Shown here: positions 36,101 through 48,100 of the stretch, piece by piece
How the letters are laid out: each line of letters starts with the position of its first letter
Position numbering within the stretch: position 1 is the stretch's first letter
Source of the DNA: the human T2T-CHM13v2.0 reference genome, Homo sapiens
Reading direction: 5' to 3' (one strand)
Assembly (NCBI RefSeq): GCF_009914755.1
Contig: NC_060944.1
DNA: 64,000 bases
Notes under the pieces: generated by a model
Database searches by the model: none
What the model was told of the DNA's origin: nothing
Seen by the model: only the letters and a program-made list of their open reading frames with translations
Made by a program: the position numbers and the translations under genes

Positions 36101-39100
36101 AAACACTCTTTTTGTGGTATCTGGAAGTGGACATTTGGAGCGCTTTCAGGCCTATGTTGAAAAAGGAAATATCTTCCCATAAAAACTAGACGGAAGCATT
36201 CTCAGAAACTTATTTGTGATGTGTTTGCTCAACTAACAGGATTGAACCATCGTTTTGAAGGAGCAGTTTTGAAACACTGTTTTCGTGGAATCTGCAAGTG
36301 GATATTTGGCTAGCTTTGAGGATTTCGTTGGAAACGGGATTACATATAAAAAGGAGACAGCAGCATTCTCAGAAACTTCTTTGTGATGTCTGCATTCAAG
36401 TCACAGAGTTGAGCATTCCCTTTCATAGAGCAGGTTGGAAACACTCTTTTTGTAGTATCTGGATGAGGACATTTGGAGCGCTTTCAGGCGTATGGTGAAA
36501 AAGGAAATATCTTCCCGTAAAAACTAGACAGAAGCATTCTCAGAAGTTTATTTGTGATGTGTGCCCTCAACTAACAGAGTTGAACCTTTCTTTTGATAGA
36601 GCAGTTTTGAAACACTCTTTTTGTAAAATCTGCAAGAGGATATTTGGATAGCTTTGAGGATTTCGTTGCAAACGGGAATGGCTTCATATAAACTCTAGAC
36701 AGAAGCATTCTCAGAAACTTCGTTGGGATGTTTCGATTGAAGTCCCAGTGTTGAACATTCCCTTTTATAGAGCAGGTTGGAAACACTCTTTCTGCATTCC
36801 CTGGAAGTGGACATTTGGAGCGCTTTCAGGACGACGGTGAAAATGGAAATATCTTCCAAGAAAATCTAGATAGAAGCAACGTCAGAAACTTTTATGTGAT
36901 GGATCTACTCAGCTAACAGAGTTGAACCTTTCTTTTGAGAGAGCAGTTTTGCAACACTCTTTTTGTGGAATATGCAAGTGGATATTAGGGCAGCTTTGAG
37001 GATTTCGTTGGAAACGGGAATACATGTAAAAAGCAGACAGCAGCATTCTCAGAAACTTCTTTGTGATGTTTGCATTGAAGTCACAGAGTTGAACATTCCC
37101 TTTGAGAGAGCAGGTTTGAAACACGCCTTTTGTCATATCTGGAAGTGTCCATTCGGAGCGCATTCAGGCTTGTGTTGAAAAAGGAAATATCCTCCCATAA
37201 AAACTAGACAGAAGCATTCTCAGAAACTTATCTGTGATGTATGTACTCAACTAACAGAACTAAACCATCGTTTTGAAGGAGCAGTTTTGAAACACTCTTT
37301 TTGCGGAATCTGCAAGTGGATATTTGGCTAGCTGGGAGGATTTCGTTGGAAACGGGATTACATACAAAAAGCAGACAGCAGCATTCTCAGAAACTTCTTT
37401 GTGATGTTTGCATTCAAGTCACAGAGTTGAACATTCCCTTTCATAGAGCAGGTTTGAAACACTCTTTTTGTAGTATCTGGATGTGGACATTTGGATCGCT
37501 TTCAGGCCTATGGTGAAAAAGGAAATATCTTCCCATGAAAACTAGACAGAAGCATTCTCAGAAACTTATTTGTGATGTGTGCCCTCAACTGACAGTGTTG
37601 AACCTTTGTTTTGATAGAGCAGTTCTGAAACACACTTTTTGTAAAATCTGCAAGAGGATATTTGGATAGCTTTGAGGATTTCGTTGGAAACGGGAATGTC
37701 TTCATGTAAACTCTGGACAGAAGCATTCTCAGAAACTGCTTTGGGATGTTTCAATTGAAGTCCCAGTGTTGAACATTCCCTTTCATAGAGCAGGTTTGAA
37801 ACACTCTTTTTGTACTATCTGGAAGTGGACATTTGGAGCGCTTTCAGGTCTACGGTGAAAAAGGAGATATCTTCCAATAAAAACTAGATAGAAGCAATGT
37901 CAGAACTTTTTTCATGATGTATCTACTCAGCAAACAGAGTTGAACCTTTCTTTTGAGAGAGCAGTTTTGAAACACTCTTTTTGTGGAATATGCAAGTGGG
38001 TATTAGGCCAGCTTGGAGGATTTCGTTGGAAACGGGAATACGTATAAAAAGCAGACAGCAGCATTGTCAGAAACTACTTTGTGATGTTTGCATTCAAGTC
38101 ACAGAATTGAACACTCCCTTTCACAGAGCAGGTTTGAAACACTCTTTTTGTAGTGTCTGTAAGTGAACATTTGGATTGCTTTCAGGCCTAAGGTGAAAAA
38201 GGAAATATCTTCCCATAAAAACTAGACAGAAGCATTCTCAGAAACTTGTTTGTGATGTGTGCCCTCTACTGACAGAGTTGAACCTTTCTTTGCAAAGAGC
38301 AGTTTTGAAACACTCTTTTTGTAGAATCTGCAAGAGGATATTTGGATAGCTTTGAGGATTTCTTGGGAAACGGGAATGTCTTCAGATAAACTCTAGACAG
38401 AAGCATTCTCAGAAACTTCTTTGGGATGTTTCAATTGAAGTCACAGTGTTGAACATTCCCTTTCACAGAGCCGGTTTGAAACACTCTTTTTGTAGTGTCT
38501 ATAAGTGAACATTTGGCGTGCTTTCAGGCCTAACGTGAAAAAGGAAATATCTTCCCATAAAAACTAGACAGAAGCATTCTCAGAAACTTGTTCTTGATGT
38601 GTCCCCTCTACTGACAGAGTTGAACCTTTCTTTGCAAAGAGCAGCTTTGAAACACTCTTTTTGTAGAATCTGCAAGAGGATATTTGGATAGCTTGGAGGA
38701 TTTCGTTGGAAACGGGTATGTCTTCAGATAAACTCTAGACAGAAGCATTCTCAGAAACTTCTTTGGGATGTTGCATTCAAGTCACAGAGTAGAACATTCC
38801 CATTCATAGAGCAGATTTGAAACACTCTTTTTGTGGTATCTGGAAGTGGACATTTGGAGCGCTTTCAGGCCTATGTTGAAAAAGGAAATATCTTCCCATA
38901 AAAACTAGACGGAAGCATTCTCAGAAACTTATTTGTGATGTGTTTGCTCAACTAACAGGATTGAACCATCGTTTTGAAGGAGCAGTTTTGAAACACTGTT
39001 TTCGTGGAATCTGCAAGTGGATATTTGGCTAGCTTTGAGGATTTCGTTGGAAACGGGATTACATATAAAAAGGAGACAGCAGCATTCTCAGAAACTTCTT

Positions 39101-42100
39101 TGTGATGTCTGCATTCAATTCACAGAGTTGAGCATTCCCTTTCATAGAGCAGGTTGGAAACACTCTTTTTGTAGTATCTGGATGAGGACATTTGGAGCGC
39201 TTTCAGGCGTATGGTGAAAAAGGAAATATCTTCCCGTAAAAACTAGACAGAAGCATTCTCAGAAGTTTATTTGTGATGTGTGCCCTCAACTAACAGAGTT
39301 GAACCTTTCTTTTGATAGAGCAGTTTTGAAACACTCTTTTTGTAAAATCTGCAAGAGGATATTTGGATAGCTTTGAGGATTTCGTTGCAAACGGGAATGG
39401 CTTCATATAAACTCTAGACAGAAGCATTCTCAGAAACTTCGTTGGGATGTTTCGATTGAAGTCCCAGTGTTGAACATTCCCTTTTATAGAGCAGGTTGGA
39501 AACACTCTTTCTGCATTCCCTGGAAGTGGACATTTGGAGCGCTTTCAGGACGACGGTGAAAATGGAAATATCTTCCAAGAAAATCTAGATAGAAGCAATG
39601 TCAGAAACTTTTATGTGATGGATCTACACAGCTAACAGAGTTGAACCTTTCTTTTGAGAGAGCAGTTTTGCAACACTCTTTTTGTGGAATATGCAAGTGG
39701 ATATTAGGGCAGCTTTGAGGATTTCGTTGGAAACGGGAATACATGTAAAAAGCAGACAGCAGCATTCTCAGAAACTTCTTTGTGATGTTTGCATTGAAGT
39801 CACAGAGTTGAACATTCCCTTTGAGAGAGCAGGTTTGAAACACGCCTTTTGTCATATCTGGAAGTGTCCATTCGGAGCGCATTCAGGCTTGTGTTGAAAA
39901 AGGAAATATCCTCCCATAAAAACTAGACAGAAGCATTCTCAGAAACTTATCTGTGATGTATGTACTCAACTAACAGAACTAAACCATCGTTTTGAAGGAG
40001 CAGTTTTGAAACACTCTTTTTGCGGAATCTGCAAGTGGATATTTGGCTAGCTGGGAGGATTTCGTTGGAAACGGGATTACATACAAAAAGCAGAGAGCAG
40101 CATTCTCAGAAACTTCTTTGTGATGTTTGCATTCAAGTCACAGAGTTGAACATTCCCTTTCATAGAGCAGGTTTGAAACACTCTTTTTGTAGTATCTGGA
40201 TGTGGACATTTGGATCGCTTTCAGGCCTATGGTGAAAAAGGAAATATCTTCCCATGAAAACTAGACAGAAGCATTCTCAGAAACTTATTTGTGATGTGTG
40301 CCCTCAACTGACAGTGTTGAACCTTTGTTTTGATAGAGCAGTTCTGAAACACACTTTTTGTAAAATCTGCAAGAGGATATTTGGATAGCTTTGAGGATTT
40401 CGTTGGAAACGGGAATGTCTTCATGTAAACTCTAGACAGAAGCATTCTCAGAAACTGCTTTGGGATGTTTCAATTGAAGTCCCAGTGTTGAACATTCCCT
40501 TTCATAGAGCAGGTTTGAAACACTCTTTTTGTACTATCTGGAAGTGGACATTTGGAGCGCTTTCAGGTCTACGGTGAAAAAGGAGATATCTTCCAATAAA
40601 AACTAGATAGAAGCAATGTCAGAACTTTTTTCATGATGTATCTACTCAGCAAACAGAGTTGAACCTTTCTTTTGAGAGAGCAGTTTTGAAACACTCTTTT
40701 TGTGGAATATGCAAGTGGGTATTAGGCCAGCTTGGAGGATTTCGTTGGAAACGGGAATACGTATAAAAAGCAGACAGCAGCATTGTCAGAAACTACTTTG
40801 TGATGTTTGCATTCAAGTCACAGAATTGAACACTCCCTTTCACAGAGCAGGTTTGAAACACTCTTTTTGTAGTGTCTGTAAGTGAACATTTGGATTGCTT
40901 TCAGGCCTAAGGTGAAAAAGGAAATATCTTCCCATAAAAACTAGACAGAAGCATTCTCAGAAACTTGTTTGTGATGTGTGCCCTCTACTGACAGAGTTGA
41001 ACCTTTCTTTGCAAAGAGCAGTTTTGAAACACTCTTTTTGTAGAATCTGCAAGAGGATATTTGGATAGCTTTGAGGATTTCTTGGGAAACGGGAATGTCT
41101 TCAGATAAACTCTAGACAGAAGCATTCTCAGAAACTTCTTTGGGATGTTTCAATTGAAGTCACAGTGTTGAACATTCCCTTTCACAGAGCAGGTTTGAAA
41201 CACTCTTTTTGTAGTGTCTATAAGTGAACATTTGGCGTGCTTTCAGGCCTAACGTGAAAAAGGAAATATCTTCCCATAAAAACTAGACAGAAGCATTCTC
41301 AGAAACTTGTTCTTGATGTGTCCCCTCTACTGACAGAGTTGAACCTTTCTTTGCAAAGAGCAGCTTTGAAACACTCTTTTTGTAGAATCTGCAAGAGGAT
41401 ATTTGGATAGCTTGGAGGATTTCGTTGGAAACGGGTATGTCTTCAGATAAACTCTAGACAGAAGCATTCTCAGAAACTTCTTTGGGATGTTGCATTCAAG
41501 TCACAGAGTAGAACATTCCCATTCATAGAGCAGATTTGAAACACTCTTTTTGTAGTATCTGGAAGTGGACATTTGGAGCGCTTTCAGGCCTATGTTGAAA
41601 AAGGAAATATCTTTCCATAAAAACTAGACGGAAGCATTCTCAGAAACTTATTTGTGATGTGTTTGCTCAACTAACAGGATTGAACCATCGTTTTGAAGGA
41701 GCAGTTTTGAAACACTGTTTTCGTGGAATCTGCAAGTGGATATTTGGCTAGCTTTGAGGATTTCGTTGGAAACGGGATTACATATAAAAAGGAGACAGCA
41801 GCATTCTCAGAAACTTCTTTGTGATGTCTGCATTCAATTCACAGAGTTGAGCATTCCCTTTCATAGAGCAGGTTGGAAACACTCTTTTTGTAGTATCTGG
41901 ATGAGGACATTTGGAGCGCTTTCAGGCGTATGGTGAAAAAGGAAATATCTTCCCGTAAAAACTAGACAGAAGCATTCTCAGAAGTTTATTTGTGATGTGT
42001 GCCCTCAACTAACAGAGTTGAACCTTTCTTTTGATAGAGCAGTTTTGAAACACTCTTTTTGTAAAATCTGCAAGAGGATATTTGGATAGCTTTGAGGATT

Positions 42101-45100
42101 TCGTTGCAAACGGGAATGGCTTCATATAAACTCTAGACAGAAGCATTCTCAGAAACTTCGTTGGGATGTTTCGATTGAAGTCCCAGTGTTGAACATTCCC
42201 TTTTATAGAGCAGGTTGGAAACACTCTTTCTGCATTCCCTGGAAGTGGACATTTGGAGCGCTTTCAGGACGACGGTGAAAATGGAAATATCTTCCAAGAA
42301 AATCTAGATAGAAGCAACGTCAGAAACTTTTATGTGATGGATCTACTCAGCTAACAGAGTTGAACCTTTCTTTTGAGAGAGCAGTTTTGCAACACTCTTT
42401 TTGTGGAATATGCAAGTGGATATTAGGGCAGCTTTGAGGATTTCGTTGGAAACGGGAATACATGTAAAAAGCAGACAGCAGCATTCTCAGAAACTTCTTT
42501 GTGATGTTTGCATTGAAGTCACAGAGTTGAACATTCCCTTTGAGAGAGCAGGTTTGAAACACGCCTTTTGTCATATCTGGAAGTGTCCATTCGGAGCGCA
42601 TTCAGGCTTGTGTTGAAAAAGGAAATATCCTCCCATAAAAACTAGACAGAAGCATTCTCAGAAACTTATCTGTGATGTATGTACTCAACTAACAGAACTA
42701 AACCATCGTTTTGAAGGAGCAGTTTTGAAACACTCTTTTTGCGGAATCTGCAAGTGGATATTTGGCTAGCTGGGAGGATTTCGTTGGAAACGGGATTACA
42801 TACAAAAAGCAGACAGCAGCATTCTCAGAAACTTCTTTGTGATGTTTGCATTCAAGTCACAGAGTTGAACATTCCCTTTCATAGAGCAGGTTTGAAACAC
42901 TCTTTTTGTAGTATCTGGATGTGGACATTTGGATCGCTTTCAGGCCTATGGTGAAAAAGGAAATATCTTCCCATGAAAACTAGACAGAAGCATTCTCAGA
43001 AACTTATTTGTGATGTGTGCCCTCAACTGACAGTGTTGAACCTTTGTTTTGATAGAGCAGTTCTGAAACACACTTTTTGTAAAATCTGCAAGAGGATATT
43101 TGGATAGCTTTGAGGATTTCGTTGGAAACGGGAATGTCTTCATGTAAACTCTGGACAGAAGCATTCTCAGAAACTGCTTTGGGATGTTTCAATTGAAGTC
43201 CCAGTGTTGAACATTCCCTTTCATAGAGCAGGTTTGAAACACTCTTTTTGTACTATCTGGAAGTGGACATTTGGAGCGCTTTCAGGTCTACGGTGAAAAA
43301 GGAGATATCTTCCAATAAAAACTAGATAGAAGCAATGTCAGAACTTTTTTCATGATGTATCTACTCAGCAAACAGAGTTGAACCTTTCTTTTGAGAGAGC
43401 AGTTTTGAAACACTCTTTTTGTGGAATATGCAAGTGGGTATTAGGCCAGCTTGGAGGATTTCGTTGGAAACGGGAATACGTATAAAAAGCAGACAGCAGC
43501 ATTGTCAGAAACTACTTTGTGATGTTTGCATTCAAGTCACAGAATTGAACACTCCCTTTCACAGAGCAGGTTTGAAACACTCTTTTTGTAGTGTCTGTAA
43601 GTGAACATTTGGATTGCTTTCAGGCCTAAGGTGAAAAAGGAAATATCTTCCCATAAAAACTAGATAGAAGCATTCTCAGAAACTTGTTTGTGATGTGTGC
43701 CCTCTACTGACAGAGTTGAACCTTTCTTTGCAAAGAGCAGTTTTGAAACACTCTTTTTGTAGAATCTGCAAGAGGATATTTGGATAGCTTTGAGGATTTC
43801 TTGGGAAACGGGAATGTCTTCAGATAAACTCTAGACAGAAGCATTCTCAGAAAGTTCTTTGGGATGTTTCAATTGAAGTCACAGTGTTGAACATTCCCTT
43901 TCACAGAGCAGGTTTGAAACACTCTTTTTGTAGTGTCTATAAGTGAACATTTGGCGTGCTTTCAGGCCTAACGTGAAAAAGGAAATATCTTCCCATAAAA
44001 ACTAGACAGAAGCATTCTCAGAAACTTGTTCTTGATGTGTCCCCTCTACTGACAGAGTTGAACCTTTCTTTGCAAAGAGCAGCTTTGAAACACTCTTTTT
44101 GTAGAATCTGCAAGAGGATATTTGGATAGCTTGGAGGATTTCGTTGGAAACGGGTATGTCTTCAGATAAACTCTAGACAGAAGCATTCTCAGAAACTTCT
44201 TTGGGATGTTGCATTCAAGTCACAGAGTAGAACATTCCCATTCATAGAGCAGATTTGAAACACTCTTTTTGTAGTATCTGGAAGTGGACATTTGGAGCGC
44301 TTTCAGGCCTATGTTGAAAAAGGAAATATCTTCCCATAAAAACTAGACGGAAGCATTCTCAGAAACTTATTTGTGATGTGTTTGCTCAACTAACAGGATT
44401 GAACCATCGTTTTGAAGGAGCAGTTTTGAAACACTGTTTTCGTGGAATCTGCAAGTGGATATTTGGCTAGCTTTGAGGATTTCGTTGGAAACGGGATTAC
44501 ATATACAAAGGAGACAGCAGCATTCTCAGAAACTTCTTTGTGATGTCTGCATTCAATTCACAGAGTTGAGCATTCCCTTTCATAGAGCAGGTTGGAAACA
44601 ATCTTTTTGTAGTATCTGGATGAGGACATTTGGAGCGCTTTCAGGCCTATGGTGAAACAGGAAATATCTTCCCGTAAAAACTAGACAGAAGCATTCTCAG
44701 AAGTTTATTTGTGATGTGTGCCCTCAACTAACAGAGTTGAACCTTTCTTTTGATAGAGCAGTTTTGAAACACTCTTTTTGTAAAATCTGCAAGAGGATAT
44801 TTGGATAGCTTTGAGGATTTCGTTGCAAACGGGAATGGCTTCATATAAACTCTAGACAGAAGCATTCTCAGAAACTTCGTTGGGATGTTTCGATTGAAGT
44901 CCCAGTGTTGAACATTCCCTTTTATAGAGCAGGTTGGAAACACTCTTTCTGCATTCCCTGGAAGTGGACATTTGGAGCGCTTTCAGGACGACGGTGAAAA
45001 TGGAAATATCTTCCAAGAAAATCTAGATAGAAGCAACGTCAGAAACTTTTATGTGATGGATCTACTCAGCTAACAGAGTTGAACCTTTCTTTTGAGAGAG

Positions 45101-48100
45101 CAGTTTTGCAACACTCTTTTTGTGGAATATGCAAGTGGATATTAGGGCAGCTTTGAGGATTTCGTTGGAAACGGGAATACATGTAAAAAGCAGACAGCAG
45201 CATTCTCAGAAACTTCTTTGTGATGTTTGCATTGAAGTCACAGAGTTGAACATTCCCTTTGAGAGAGCAGGTTTGAAACACGCCTTTTGTCATATCTGGA
45301 AGTGTCCATTCGGAGCGCATTCAGGCTTGTGTTGAAAAAGGAAATATCCTCCCATAAAAACTAGACAGAAGCATTCTCAGAAACTTATCTGTGATGTATG
45401 TACTCAACTAACAGAACTAAACCATCGTTTTGAAGGAGCAGTTTTGAAACACTCTTTTTGCGGAATCTGCAAGTGGATATTTGGCTAGCTGGGAGGATTT
45501 CGTTGGAAACGGGATTACATACAAAAAGCAGACAGCAGCATTCTCAGAAACTTCTTTGTGATGTTTGCATTCAAGTCACAGAGTTGAACATTCCCTTTCA
45601 TAGAGCAGGTTTGAAACACTCTTTTTGTAGTATCTGGATGTGGACATTTGGATCGCTTTCAGGCCTATGGTGAAAAAGGAAATATCTTCCCATGAAAACT
45701 AGACAGAAGCATTCTCAGAAACTTATTTGTGATGTGTGCCCTCAACTGACAGTGTTGAACCTTTGTTTTGATAGAGCAGTTCTGAAACACACTTTTTGTA
45801 AAATCTGCAAGAGGATATTTGGATAGCTTTGAGGATTTCGTTGGAAACGGGAATGTCTTCATGTAAACTCTAGACAGAAGCATTCTCAGAAACTGCTTTG
45901 GGATGTTTCAATTGAAGTCCCAGTGTTGAACATTCCCTTTCATAGAGCAGGTTTGAAACACTCTTTTTGTACTATCTGGAAGTGGACATTTGGAGCGCTT
46001 TCAGGTCTACGGTGAAAAAGGAGATATCTTCCAATAAAAACTAGATAGAAGCAATGTCAGAACTTTTTTCATGATGTATCTACTCAGCAAACAGAGTTGA
46101 ACCTTTCTTTTGAGAGAGCAGTTTTGAAACACTCTTTCTGTGGAATATGCAAGTGGGTATTAGGCCAGCTTGGAGGATTTCGTTGGAAACGGGTATACGT
46201 ATAAAAAGCAGACAGCAGCATTGTCAGAAACTACTTTGTGATGTTTGCATTCAAGTCACAGAATTGAACACTCCCTTTCACAGAGCAGGTTTGAAACACT
46301 CTTTTTGTAGTGTCTGTAAGTGAACATTTGGATTGCTTTCAGGCCTAAGGTGAAAAAGGAAATATCTTCCCATAAAAACTAGACAGAAGCATTCTCAGAA
46401 ACTTGTTTGTGATGTGTGCCCTCTACTGACAGAGTTGAACCTTTCTTTGCAAAGAGCAGTTTTGAAACACTCTTTTTGTAGAATCTGCAAGAGGATATTT
46501 GGATAGCTTTGAGGATTTCTTGGGAAACGGGAATGTCTTCAGATAAACTCTAGACAGAAGCATTCTCAGAAACTTCTTTGGGATGTTTCAATTGAAGTCA
46601 CAGTGTTGAACATTCCCTTTCACAGAGCAGGTTTGAAACACTCTTTTTGTAGTGTCTATAAGTGAACATTTGGCGTGCTTTCAGGCCTAACGTGAAAAAG
46701 GAAATATCTTCCCATAAAAACTAGACAGAAGCATTCTCAGAAACTTGTTCTTGATGTGTCCCCTCTACTGACAGAGTTGAACCTTTCTTTGCAAAGAGCA
46801 GCTTTGAAACACTCTTTTTGTAGAATCTGCAAGAGGATATTTGGATAGCTTGGAGGATTTCGTTGGAAACGGGTATGTCTTCAGATAAACTCTAGACAGA
46901 AGCATTCTCAGAAACTTCTTTGGGATGTTGCATTCAAGTCACAGAGTAGAACATTCCCATTCATAGAGCAGATTTGAAACACTCTTTTTGTAGTATCTGG
47001 AAGTGGACATTTGGAGCGCTTTCAGGCCTATGTTGAAAAAGGAAATATCTTCCCATAAAAACTAGACGGAAGCATTCTCAGAAACTTATTTGTGATGTGT
47101 TTGCTCAACTAACAGGATTGAACCATCGTTTTGAAGGAGCAGTTTTGAAACACTGTTTTCGTGGAATCTGCAAGTGGATATTTGGCTAGCTTTGAGGATT
47201 TCGTTGGAAACGGGATTACATATAAAAAGGAGACAGCAGCATTCTCAGAAACTTCTTTGTGATGTCTGCATTCAATTCACAGAGTTGAGCATTCCCTTTC
47301 ATAGAGCAGGTTGGAAACACTCTTTTTGTAGTATCTGGATGAGGACATTTGGAGCGCTTTCAGGCGTATGGTGAAAAAGGAAATATCTTCCCGTAAAAAC
47401 TAGACAGAAGCATTCTCAGAAGTTTATTTGTGATGTGTGCCCTCAACTAACAGAGTTGAACCTTTCTTTTGATAGAGCAGTTTTGAAACACTCTTTTTGT
47501 AAAATCTGCAAGAGGATATTTGGATAGCTTTGAGGATTTCGTTGCAAACGGGAATGGCTTCATATAAACTCTAGACAGAAGCATTCTCAGAAACTTCGTT
47601 GGGATGTTTCGATTGAAGTCCCAGTGTTGAACATTCCCTTTTATAGAGCAGGTTGGAAACACTCTTTCTGCATTCCCTGGAAGTGGACATTTGGAGCGCT
47701 TTCAGGACGACGGTGAAAATGGAAATATCTTCCAAGAAAATCTAGATAGAAGCAACGTCAGAAACTTTTATGTGATGGATCTACTCAGCTAACAGAGTTG
47801 AACCTTTCTTTTGAGAGAGCAGTTTTGCAACACTCTTTTTGTGGAATATGCAAGTGGATATTAGGGCAGCTTTGAGGATTTCGTTGGAAACGGGAATACA
47901 TGTAAAAAGCAGACAGCAGCATTCTCAGAAACTTCTTTGTGATGTTTGCATTGAAGTCACAGAGTTGAACATTCCCTTTGAGAGAGCAGGTTTGAAACAC
48001 GCCTTTTGTCATATCTGGAAGTGTCCATTCGGAGCGCATTCAGGCTTGTGTTGAAAAAGGAAATATCCTCCCATAAAAACTAGACAGAAGCATTCTCAGA

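Noticed and set aside
39601-39882. Longest ORF (93 aa), with repeated Cys/His motifs resembling a zinc-binding peptide
   Set aside because: It is extended only by a single private SNV removing a stop. The Cys/His content reflects TGT/CAC-rich satellite composition.
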